Shown: positions 22,629-34,145, counted from the stretch's first letter. The stretch: 34,145 bases of DNA from Paraglomus brasilianum (GCA_910592345.1 CAJVPI010000344.1:1-34145); one strand, 5' to 3'. A program made the numbers and translations. The notes: generated from the sequence alone by a model not told the origin.

Positions 22629-25600
22629 TTAGTTTAGCATCGTAAAATCTAGCTTGACGTTTTCCCAAATAAAGTAAAATTAAATGGCATCTAGGCTCAG
22701 AATTTCATTTGGACCTTTGCCTATAATTTTGTCTTTATCGAAAACGTAATTAATCTGTTCGCGTACTGCCTCGGCTTGAATACAAAATAAATGAAATAAA
22801 CGCCGTCCGCTTACTTACCATTTGGTCAAAATGTGGCGCGTGAACAATTTGTGCAGCAATTAGCAAGCGTCCAATAATCGACTTTTTCTCTTGTCCATTT
22901 CTTTGTTCTTCTGCTAATTTATCTCTTTAATCAGATGTTATAAACTTCCGCTTCTTCCTTGCGAGCATTATACTGTAAACCATTCTGCTTGACAGGTATC
23001 ACGTACATCTGTTTTGACTTATAGTTTGATTATGAGGTGTGCTAAACATTCAGGCAGCACCGGCAGATGTGCATTATTTATCGGTTTCTGGCTTTCATGT
23101 TTCTTTGAATGCGACTGATTTTCTAAAGTCTCCGTAACTTGTAAAAAATTACTCGAGAAAGTTTTTTACAGAAGCAATCTCAATATATCTTGCTAGTATG
23201 CGGGTACTTATTATTTCACCATCCATTGCTTTCAGTTTGAACATAAAACTATACCTTGATCGATTTTAGAAAGAGTTTGAAATGCTTCACGTAATTTTGG
23301 CAAAAGCAACGACAGTACAACTTACTTCAAAAACATGTCTTGCATAGTCTGTGGAATTTTACTTCAGACACGCTTAATCCAATACATACGGTTTATTGTT
23401 GCTTCAGTCCGCACGCGATGATTTTAGCTATAAAAGTTTAATGACAGTTATTTCAAAAAACCCGTGTAACAATCAATATTCCATCACTTTTTTATATCGG
23501 GAGCCACTTGTATATATATCTTGAAAAAAAAAGATAAATTTTCTGTTTGCGTATTTGGGAGTCGTTATCGTGTATGTTTCAACCGAAGATACGTTAAGTC
23601 ATGTCCGAAAATATCACCCAACAGAACTTTTACTTTATATAGAGTCAAGGCTTGCAACTTAATGACAACCGTTTTAAAGAGGAAATTAGCGGTTCCGCTT
23701 TTCTTGTAATGAACGAAAGAACTGTAGGTTTAAAATGAAAACAGTCGCAAAACTCATGGCGAAAATCACTCGCGTGTAGGGTTCAAAAACGCAAGATTTC
23801 CTTAAGAGTATTTTTCAATCTTGAAAAGACTATGTTCTTCCCTCCGAAATCCCCTTAGTGAAAAGTAGGATAGCGAAGAGCAGAGAAATGAAGAACATGA
23901 TAGATATACGATTGCATTCTATTTCCTGCCTTCATTGTTCCATGCTTAATTGTTTTACCACTTGCAGAAGTGTCACCACCTCAAGATTGGGTTACTTACC
24001 GCTGAAATAGTCGGTGAACCGTTTTGTAAATCAAGTTCAACTGAAAGATTCCCGAATGAGCTACCTCTACGCGTAGAAAAATCAAACGGACTATTGATAA
24101 TAGCACTTTTTTCCTAAGGCTTCATTTATTAATACACATCCCTCGCGTATATCAAGTTTGATACCATGCTCTGTTGATATCACTGTCAATATAAATCAGA
24201 TTCATATGTACCTTCGCTGACATCTATATTAATACAAACTTCCAATGTGATGAAGACAATGCCATTGAATCGAGAAAATCCTCATGTTATAGCCTTGTAG
24301 CGGTGTAAACTACTTTGCAGAACAAGACCTGGGAAATTTGTAGAAAAGCAGGATAACGTCATCGTGTTTTCGCAAGCACTCTTCCTTATATGAAGCTGCT
24401 ATTTGGCTTGCGCTTGCCGCATCCCGCAAGACGCACTTGCCAAGATACTATTGCAAAGTCTATTACTGACGTGCTGATTGAATACATTCGAGACGAGAGA
24501 CGACAGGAACGATTCCTAGCAAAAAGCAAGCAAAGGTTTTTACTATGAGTAAAGTTAAAGCAAGAGTAATAGCAATCTTGATTATATCGCTTAATTAATC
24601 CGAGATAACCAAGATCGGTATCGTACAGTAGTATACTATCGTTACGTATACGTAATTTACCCTAATTATTATCTTCATATATCAACAGCTGGTATTAGAG
24701 GGGTTGACTTCTTCAATTTTCAGAGCTTTGCAAGTTAAATGAGTTTTTGGATCACTTACATGGTGTTAGCGAAAGCCGTATACATAATAAGAAAATTGAA
24801 GTTTTACGTGCATTGTTCATCACGTCTCCTAAATTAAAGTCAAGTAAAAGTAATGGATTCGAAATCAAAGTAAGAAAACAGTTAATATAGACAAACCGGC
24901 AAGCTGTTTGCTTGGGCAAGATTTTTTCTTGGATGTAAGTCAAAAACATAAGTCTTTTTGGCTTCTTTCGATGGGATATCATGTTTAGCTATACACATAA
25001 GCTGTGTACTTGAGCAAAATGCATTTTGTTGAATGATATATTCTCTCATCTAACTAATCCCAGGGTCCGTTGTTTTGATGTGTTCAGGGTAGGGTCTAAT
25101 TAAAATATAATATTGATTCGTCTTAGAATGTATCAGAAACCGAGAGGTTTGAAGAAGATAATGAGAGTTTTTTAACATACAGTGTTCGTAAACTTATCTT
25201 TTTTGTGTAATTTGGGCTTCCGTTATTCTTAGCATTATTAAGATTTTTACTCATCACTTGTTAAACGAAGTTTATTGTCTGATGATGTTAAATCACAGTA
25301 AAATTGTGCTACATGTTTAAAATCTGTTGTGGCCTCGGCGTAATTCTTGTTTTGTCAAAAAATATTTTAAACTGTCATTGTCCTGCAGTACTGGACAGAT
25401 TATTGTTCTTGGATTACTTGGTAAATCTAGATAAGCAATATGTCAATAGAACCGGAATATCTGGACAATGCTACTACTTCATACAGTCATCTATGCCAAA
25501 GGTCTCATTAATGTAATCGCTTTCCTTCGTTCGCATCACATGACCTTAAGATGATTACAGATTATTCACATCATATTCGAGCATGTGACTTACCATGATA

Positions 25601-26386
25601 ACTACCTGTTTCCATCAATATTTACGATGATAAATAGTGTAATTACGTTAACAGGTTGAAAAGAATCCTATTGATGACTGACTGAATGCTTTGATGATGT
25701 TGAATGCTTTGATGGTGAGGATATTCTTGCAACGACTTATTAATGAGCTGACGAGAAACCATCCGAACAAACCAACACTGGCGCAATGATGGAGAAACTT
25801 ATAACGTACTTGGGTATTAAAATTTTTGCGTGAAGAAACAATAATAACGGTATATCACGGATCGAAGTATTGTCTCAGAGGGTTTAAAATAGATTGACAA
25901 TTCACAGTATACGCCGATCGACCGATTTGGAATAAGGCTAGTGTATGGAAGGATGTCGTGCTACGATGTACGGAAAATTTGTGAATGAAAACGCCAAAAA
26001 TAGCTACCTTCATATAGAACATTCCTGGGCAGTCTGCATCTTTGTTTGTCTTTATACTATCTATAGCTTCTAACCAAGCCAAGATATTGTTTAACGGATG
26101 ACTAAGATCGAGTCATTTGGGTAATTCGAACATAGTATAGATATTAAACATTTAAAAACCATGCGAGTCTGACTGCCGTCAGTCAGTCAGTTATGTAGAA
26201 GAACCAAGTAAATTATCATAAAGCGCATCGAGCTTAAGCATAAGCCATCGCCAGACGTCTCGTTAGTCCTTGGCGCTGCAGCATGATGCTTTATATGAGT
26301 TTTGCAAAAGTTTCGAATTCTTCGTCCATCGTGCCGTCAACGAAAGTCAGTTTATTGGTTAAGATATGCTTATAGAAACATATAAC

Positions 26387-26430
26387 TATATATGTGTGCG
26401 TGTGTCTGTGTGTGTGTGTGCGCGCGCGCG
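26387..26430. repeat. Compound alternating purine-pyrimidine microsatellite (TA)n(TG)n(CG)n
   Basis: TATATATGTGTGCGTGTGTCTGTGTGTGTGTGTGCGCGCGCGCG. Confidence 0.9.
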
Positions 26431-27544
26431 AGATAGCATACCTCAGGACTTCATTATACCGAAATTTGTAATTGTTGCATGGAGAATACCGAAGCCGTTC
26501 ATATGATCAACCGCAGTCCGTTGCATCGATTAACGTTAGTATGTCATATTGAATAACTTAACGTCATATATCGGCCTAATAATAGTAATACCATCCATAG
26601 ATAGAACAAACCGTTTGTTGTTCACGACAGCATGCTTGAAATAGCGACGAATAAAAAGTTTCATAGACGCTTTGGGCAATAATCTAGAACTCTGCAAGCG
26701 AATTATTATATATTAGTCCCGTAGTTATTGATAGGAATTGGACTACATAAAAACTCTTATATACACTGCACAACTTACGAGATTATCCAGCCGATCTGCT
26801 CCGGCGTTTCATGTTTCATTCTACATCGATGCTCTATTTTACAAGTAAGTAAATTTACAGTATAATTTATACTTAGTATTGTCGGCCAGCTATTCTATTC
26901 TTCAGTGCAACATATTCCTTATTTTGATTTGATATGCAGATATGTTAAATTCAAGCCGAGTATACAAATAAACAGGAAATGACTCAGAATCCCAACAGCC
27001 CCGAGTTTGAGAGCTTTTATTGAGCCGAAAAAGTTAAACAGCATTGGATCAAACAGTGATATCAACGGCACGATTATATCATACGACGAAATTTGCGTTT
27101 ATGTTAACAATTCCCTTTTTTACAATATGAAACCTGAATATGATTTTTAAAAGTCAAATTTAGTCTTTACCAATGGTCAAAACAAAATGGCAGATGACTC
27201 GTCCATATAATCTGGTGTTCTTCTACGCACAATAATTACCATTGTTCTTATTACCACATGGTAGTGTTGCGGTCCGGAATAAGAGACCGATGCGTTACTT
27301 ACATTCGTTCAGTTTACCATGTCGCAAATAATAATCATACGATAAATTATATGTTTCCTAAAATAGTAATTAGTCAATAGTCTACCCGATATGGGTTCTC
27401 TAACAGTGCACTACGAGTTCATTTCATACTCGAAGAACTCTTTTCTCATCAATCTGTTTTCTTACAACTTACAACCGCACAAAGTATTAATTTACGAAGG
27501 AAAGAAGAAGCCTGTCAACAGCGTATATTAAACTGAACCGTATA

Positions 27545-27740
27545 CATAGTGAAACTTGATAAGTCGAACACTCGATAAGTCGGACACTCGATAAGTCGGA
27601 CACGATAAATCGGAAACTCGACAAAATCTCTCTGCCCTTTTCTTTTTTTCATATTCAAATCCTTTCGATAAGTCGGATTTCTTGTTAAGTCGGATAACCA
27701 TGCCCAGCCAGTCGTGTCCGACTTATCGAGTCTCACTATG
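27545..27740 (+). mobile_element. 196-bp MITE (Tc1/mariner-pogo type) with TA target-site duplication
   Basis: TA|CATAGTGAAACTTGATAAGTCGAACAC ... GTGTCCGACTTATCGAGTCTCACTATG|TA. The motif GATAAGTCGGA recurs internally with a 15-bp period at the left end. No coding capacity. Confidence 0.88.
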
Positions 27741-28737
27741 TACATCTTAATCCAAACCGTTATAGGGTTCTCCCTAATAAAAAAAACCAACACTGTTTCG
27801 CGTGAGTTTTTTCTTTACAAAAGGCTTTGAAACATATAGTGGTTTACATTACAAGTTGGATAAAGTTTTTGGTTTCGGATGTTGCCGATAAAAACATGTT
27901 TTCTTAAAGCAGTCAACACTGTGGACGGTAAAAACTTCATTTATGGTGAATAATTAAACTTAATATTGAAACCGTATTATCGTGTTCTAACCAAAGACGT
28001 TAATAGATTATCGCACTTTGTTCTGTGGGCAAATCTTAACGGTACAGTAACAACAAAGTGAGTCCAAGTCTTCAATTTCGCAAGCTAATAACGTTGCGAC
28101 GAGTATTCTTGATAAAGCTTTGTGAGTAGAAAGTGAAAGCGCTGTGGAATGATAATCCGTTCTCCTTCTGTTAATAATTGATCTTATATTTAATTAGTAG
28201 TCCAGAAAGTTGTTGGTGCTTGCAATCATATTCTTTATTCTTAATTTGTCTTGGCTTATACAACGTCGGTCTTTTAATTTTGACATTTTTTGATTGAATT
28301 TATTATAGAAAGAATTAATCATAATAATAGGTAAGTTGTTATTACAAATGGAAACAAAAAATACATGTTTGGGGGGAAAAGTTTAGATTTATACTAATCT
28401 AATATTTTTTCTTCTTCGTAACTCTATCACTATCTCACATATTCGCTTATAACATATAGAATTCTATAAATATTGTGTACACACACTTCATTAAACAGCA
28501 CAGGTCTGCTAAGAAACGTATGACGAGGTAACAATCTTCTTTCGACTGATAATGGCGTTGTATATACGTCGCTTTTCTGATCGCTCGCCGCAAACAGTTT
28601 TCTTTCTTTACTGCATCCGACTATGTCACCGTTATCGTATGGGAGAACAGTTGTTACAAAAAATATTAGCGTGTATTAAAATTCTGGCAATAGTTTCTTC
28701 ACACACGTAATAATGTTTCACTACTCATATGATTCTA

Positions 28738-29562
28738 TTAGTAGGAGCAATGTCCAAACCCAACATCCGTAGAACCTATCTGCTCATTAGCATTTAAGTT
28801 ATCGTTATTAATGTCATTGGAGAATTGATATTGAGGAAAAAGAAAAGTGGCATTTGAAAAAGGTACGGTGAAGAAGTCCAAGTCGGAAATCCAATACTGG
28901 AAGTTGATGACAGAACTCGGTAAGGTAGACTGCTGCTCGTTATTTTCTAGATAACTTTCATTCCTGTTAGCGCTACTGCAGTCAGTATTGCTCAAGTCGA
29001 TTGGTTGTTTAGCCTTCTTGGACAAACTCGTTTTCCTGTTACGACTTTTCGCAAATTTGTCCTTGTCCATATGCTTAAATGTAAAGTTTTCACCATTCTT
29101 AAATTTCCTCGGGTTGTAGACATATTCCGGATACATAACTTTGTGTTGGCGTGAAGCTAATTTCGAGAGAAGATTGAAATATTGTTTGACTTCTTTTGGT
29201 TGACTTTTCCAACTTTCAGCGGCTGTCTTGGAAATTTCCTTGAGAGTATGCGGCCCGTCAGGACGTTGAGAGCGTTCTTGGCTTTGAAAATTACGTCTAA
29301 ACAGCACCCATGCATTTTGAGGTCTTGGAGGCAAGTTTCTCTTGTTGCTGTTCTTGCGTCGCTTGCGAATGGGATTGAGAATACTGTCGTAAGATATGGT
29401 AAGAGGGTAGGGCGGATTGCGAATAAGTTCCAGTTCGGTTGGTGTGAGATTATTAATAAAACACGTTGCCGGACAAGTAGAATTGGTGGCTGCACATAGT
29501 TCTGTGTGAGAATGAACTTGACGCAAAATTGGTTGATTAATTGAATTTGAACTCATTTTCAT
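28738..29562 (-). CDS. MATA-type (SOX/MATA) HMG-box transcription factor, intronless (274 aa)
   Basis: HMG box PPRPQNAWVLFRRNF...LKEISKTAAESWKSQPKEVKQYFNLLSKLASRQHKVMYPEYVYNPRK, preceded by NLTPTELELIRNPPYPLT and a basic RKRRK stretch. Confidence 0.95.
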   Translation of the reverse strand: MKMSSNSINQPILRQVHSHTELCAATNSTCPATCFINNLTPTELELIRNPPYPLTISYDSILNPIRKRRKNSNKRNLPPRPQNAWVLFRRNFQSQERSQRPDGPHTLKEISKTAAESWKSQPKEVKQYFNLLSKLASRQHKVMYPEYVYNPRKFKNGENFTFKHMDKDKFAKSRNRKTSLSKKAKQPIDLSNTDCSSANRNESYLENNEQQSTLPSSVINFQYWISDLDFFTVPFSNATFLFPQYQFSNDINNDNLNANEQIGSTDVGFGHCSY

Positions 29563-31333
29563 ATCCAGGGAAAGGAGGCGACTACTGATTATTTATATTT
29601 ATATTTACATGCTTTGTCATACATTTACGTTCCAAAGTAGAATTGTGACATTCATTCTTATTTGAGTTAAATTCGAACGCGTGTAAATTCTAATTCCTAC
29701 TCGCACTAATAAATGCTCAATCCTTCAAATATTCGGTTTTCTTTTGCACTGCCAGAACATTGTTCTTATTATATAATTATATAAATAATATAAGTGTTTT
29801 CTCTGTATAATATAACTCTATATATATCCAACAGGTTACCAAAAAAGACGTTATGACCGGAACATCACTCCGGTGGTGTAATATATATCTCATTGTTCTT
29901 TTGGCAATTTTAAATTATGGAAAACATATTCCAGGTTTTTAGATTGCTACGGCGAACATAATTACTCGTTCGAAAAGAAACTTGCCGAGATAATTTATAT
30001 AAAATTAAAGTCTTCTTTTGTCACAAGACTGATTACAAGATGCCATTATTATAAACCGGTTAACTAGTTTTACAGGTCAACATTCCTACAACATAAATTC
30101 AAAACCCTCCTTGTTTCGTATGACTGTGCAAATGACATTCACGCAAAAAGCAAATCGTGCAGTAGCGTCAAAGTCTAAACTATGGTCGTTAAATTGAATT
30201 GAAAGTGAGCATAATTCTACTTCAGCCCATTGCAAAAAAAATTATTATGTGAGTCTTTCTGACATACTAGTCTTGATTTTACGGCGAGCAAATTTAATCA
30301 AAACGTCTCATACATCAACGAAGCTGTACGTATAATTTATCACTTTCTACTGCTTCAACCTTAGTAAACAAGAAATGGACAAAATTACTTTACATTTTTT
30401 TATTAGAAAACCAAGCATGTAATTACGCGCTACATAATTATATACAAAAGTATCTAATAAACTTTTTCCTAAAGTTACAACAAACTAGAATTGGATGACG
30501 AAAAGGTCGCTAAACGTTTGATAGTGTGCTAACTTGTAAAGACTAACCAATAGTTTTCTTGAGTACAATTACATACATTGTTCATAAAAAGCAAGCACGT
30601 ACACTATTTTTTTTTGGTGAGTGATAATTTTTTTAACAAGCATCAAAGTGTTGCTTATTAATTAAGTACTCTGTTTGCATGAATGATACACAACCCAAAT
30701 TTGTATTTCAATTATGCAATCGGTGAGATCTGTATCCACATACAGACGTTTTGCCAAAACCCATTCAATCTGTACGTTACGTAATGGTGGAATAATAATT
30801 ATTATATAATCGCCAATTAACTTCGTCGTTGGTAATCCTTTCGATACATTACATGAGTCGTCTCTTGCTTATAATGAAATCCGCCGAGCCACCTTTTTAA
30901 AATTACGTAATATAGGTCTATTAAAAATATGTTGTCCGAAAATTACTCTAAGAACAATTACTCGTACAATGCATATGACGCTATTTACACTGTCCATAAA
31001 TGTTGTATATCTTTGTCATTATGCATTGAAGATCTATTTGTGATCCTATTTTGTCATTTCCTGTAGGGCGGTGCACTATATAATAGTCTTTGTCTTACTG
31101 GAGTCGGAAATTCTTCGAATATTTATAAGTTCGAACGTTCGTGAGTTCGATAGAATGGTAAACTCGTATAAGGAAGAAAAAAAAAGACATTGCAAATTAC
31201 ACGCACAACTGAATAATTGTGCATTCAAGCGCTATAGAATTCGATACGGTTCTTCTATGTAGACTATGGAAAATTCAATCGAACGGGGATGTCCCATTGT
31301 CGGCAACTTGTAATGGTAAGTCGTAGACTCTGT

Positions 31334-31507
31334 CCAGGAATTGAGTGAAAAAGGAACAACAAACTTTCCGCAAGCAAAGAGCATGAATTGAAGCCAATTC
31401 CAAGCATCTACTGCGTATCACCAGGAATTGAGTGAAAAAGGAACAACAAACTTTCCGCAGGCAAAGAGCATGAATTGAAGCCAATTCCAAGCATCTACTG
31501 CGTATCA
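31334..31507. repeat. 87-bp direct tandem duplication
   Basis: CCAGGAATTGAGTGAAAAAGGAAC...CTACTGCGTATCA starts at 31334 and again at 31421; I see one mismatch (GCAAGC vs GCAGGC). Confidence 0.95.
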
Positions 31508-32982
31508 TTGCTTACTACTGAGTAATTGTGTATTTAAGCGCTACCGAGCAATGCACATCAATAGTTTGTAAGTTGGTAAAACCTGTCCCAGGAATATATG
31601 TTGACACAAGCAGGCGCTTCTCTAAACAAGAGTTAAAGCGGTATTTAATATTAATCGTAAACGTCTTAGTTGGGAATTTTTCAGAATACATTACCTTTTT
31701 GAACGGTAGTTGCTAAACAGAATAGTATAGGGACAGGCGCTGGTCTTTGAAGAAATGACATCTCGCTCGACGTTTAGAAATTTATAAACCAATACCCGTT
31801 GCATTGCTTATCCTCATTCTTATAGGAAGGGTTTCTGTAACTATGAAAACTCTGGATAATAATGGCTGTGGTTTACTCTATTTTCGTTGAAGCGACATTA
31901 TCAGACGTTTAGATAAATCAAAGAATTTTACATTTCTTACCGTAATAGTAAAAACAATTCCCCAAATCTATTTGCCTCCTGAAACAGAAGCGCAGAGATG
32001 ATAAGATAGCGCCAAATTATGTATGGCAACCAATAATTGATTCGCCCAACAATATAGCGGTTACTAGAAGATCCAGTATATACGCCAATTACAATATGTC
32101 ATCCAACTATTTATGTAGAATTTAATATTGCTAGTGATCTGGTACCGATCGACGACAGTATGGTGTGATGATCTACTGTACTAACGCCAATTCCCGAATT
32201 TGTCATGGCGATGTTATTGGCATCATCCAAGCTCCGAATGTGTTTTCTTCACACTTCACAAAGACATATTACACGGAAAATGCTTGCATGCAGTGCTTGC
32301 TTGCTTGCTTGCTTTTTAATAGCTAATTTAGAAGAACCATTTCAAAGTCTACAAGCGGATCGAAACTTTGCAGGTACTGCATCTGTATGATGCATTTTTA
32401 ACAAGTTTTTGTAAAGGAGCCGTTCCTTCAAGTATTGTTGCGTCAGCGATTGCAGGAAACAGAATAGCTCCGATAGGTGAGATGGGGCTCTCATGAGTAC
32501 TTATTTTATCTTGCTTGAAAATTCTATTAACCATCGCTCAATTTCTCGGTGGTGTGTTAGGCGATTCATGGAAGACACTTCATTAGCAAATTATTTTCTA
32601 TTCCGAAATATGCTCGAAGCGCGTTACGTAATTCACGAAAGTTGGGTAGTCATCATGGAGCATCTTCACCAGCATCTTCACCAGCAGCATCCTCATCAAC
32701 AGCATCCTTAGTCAATCCATCAATCACAAATATTGCTTCAAGTGGGGGTTTCTCAGCAATCCGCCATCGCGAAATGCAAATTACTTGAGAATATAAAGGT
32801 TTTGGATGATTGTGCTTTGCAGGCCTTTGTATGCATTATGTGTCGCTTGAGTACTCTTTACCAGTGGAATACCAGTCTTGTTGTGAAACGTGACCACGAC
32901 AAGAATGAAAATATGGAATACAATCAGCACAGCTAATGATACGATGACTGTTTTTGACTTCGGTAACTAATATTCTGGTGTG

Positions 32983-34017
32983 CCAAAGAATGCTTTTTGT
33001 ATCCGCGTTATTGAACAAATCATTGGTTATTATAGTTGCCATGAGCTAGTATTTGCTCAGACTTTCGGCTAAAGGTTAGAATGGGCAAATCAAAAGTTAT
33101 TTCGTACGGTTGATGTGAACGGAGCAAACTTGCCGTCAAGGCTATGCAGCTCTATCATGGAAAGAATGGTGATAGATCTTGAAGGGATATGAGTGCATCG
33201 ATGATTCATCACTCGCGTAATACCATCGATAAACAGCAGGATGAAACTTAGGGTTAAGGAATGTCAGAAATTTTCTTCTAATGAGCAGGCGTGGGACCGC
33301 TTTTATCACGTCTTCAGGATTCTTGTCTGCATCCCTAGTCATGAAGTGGCCATTGGTCTATCAAGGTTTTAAATTTCATTATCCATTGCCTTGTTGGCCG
33401 ACTACACGGGTTGGGTATGAAAACAATGTCAGGAAGCACGGCTGAAATTGACAATGAGGCTTCGAACCGAGCTACGTATTTTATTCAGGAACGATTAGCA
33501 TCAAACTCATTACCAATTTCATAACTTTAAATAATGTACTCTATATTTTATTCAAACGATACCCCGGCAAATGCAGCTAACAGTTACATGCACGATTTTA
33601 TTTTTAACTCGGCTCATATCGACATACATGGAAGGATATAGTATTTAATTCATTTAATTGGAAGAAGAGTAAACCCTTGAATAAAACTGTAAATAACCCG
33701 TGAATTACAAGTTTGTTCAAAGAGTGTTTGAGTCACTAAATCATACGCAGTGGGCGATGTTAATATTGTAGATTGACTTCATTAATAACCAATTGTTGTC
33801 TTCATAACTGCCATTACCTCCCTTACTCCTCGTCAACCTCCCCTAACTCTGCTTCTAAACTTAGTAAGCTGAAATCTGATAATGGAGGTGACTGATGAGA
33901 ATCATTTCTTGGTTTAGGCAGATCTCTGGTAGGTAAAAGCGTACTGGAATATTTACTCTCCTTCTCGAGACGTGATAAGGGTTTTACATCATTATAATAA
34001 ACGGAATTCCATATGTT
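32983..34017. repeat. Right arm of the inverted duplication, lacking the Tc1 insertion
   Basis: The reverse complement aligns colinearly with 1-754 and then 2523-2672, with only 26 nt (33108-33133) between the two blocks. Confidence 0.92.
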
Positions 34018-34145
34018 GTCAGACCCAGACTCTCTATAAATAAGCTCGTAAACCTCATTCCGAAGTCCCTGTGCATCTGGACGCTTATCAGGATCAGCAT
34101 CACAACACCGCTCGGCAAGTTTCTTGTATTCCTCTGGTGCGGAAT
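33782..34145 (-). CDS. 3' end of a protein-kinase gene (probably tyrosine-kinase-like), partial
   Basis: Minus strand reads SAPEEYKKLAERCCDADPDKRPDAQGLRNEV..., matching kinase subdomain XI (P..Y..L...C.D.DP..RP), then NIWNSVYYNDVKPLSRLEKESKYSSTLLPTRDLPKPRN...MKTTIGY*. Confidence 0.85.

Noticed and set aside
27551..27620. Short repeats resembling a CRISPR array or iterons
   Set aside because: Units are contiguous with no unique spacers and lie within a TIR-bounded MITE.
29157..29499. Alternative-frame and antisense ORFs over the HMG gene, and similar shadow ORFs over the F-box, bZIP and Esc2-like genes
   Set aside because: They overlap well-supported genes and show no recognisable motifs.
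28738..29562. Calling the HMG gene sexM or sexP
   Set aside because: The diagnostic flanking transporter and RNA helicase genes are absent and orthology cannot be shown by eye.
33247..33258. TTAGGGTTA telomere-like or telomerase-template-like motif
   Set aside because: Only 1.5 units and not conserved in the paralogous arm.

Overview
AT-rich eukaryotic DNA with short GT-AG introns, most likely from an early-diverging fungus (Mucoromycota, probably an arbuscular mycorrhizal fungus; this is inferred from the gene families, not from a search). The window is bracketed by the 3' ends of two convergent, paralogous protein-kinase genes that share coding and downstream DNA as a large inverted repeat (1-754 plus 2523-2672 versus 32983-34017). 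The left arm is interrupted by a decayed Tc1/mariner element, and the right arm keeps the empty site. A gene-dense block at 4.9-12.6 kb holds an F-box gene, a GCR1_C-domain protein with a hidden AT-hook last exon, a TB2/DP1/HVA22 (REEP-like) gene, an Esc2/Rad60-like double SUMO-like-domain gene and TIM10. Beyond it lie an intronless bZIP gene, about 10 kb of gene-poor DNA with two copies of a small MITE, an intronless MATA-type HMG-box gene, and tandem repeats and relics. I found no CRISPR array, rRNA, convincing tRNA or bacterial segment. I found no clearly new system; the best leads are the kinase-bounded inverted architecture and the GCR1_C plus AT-hook protein.
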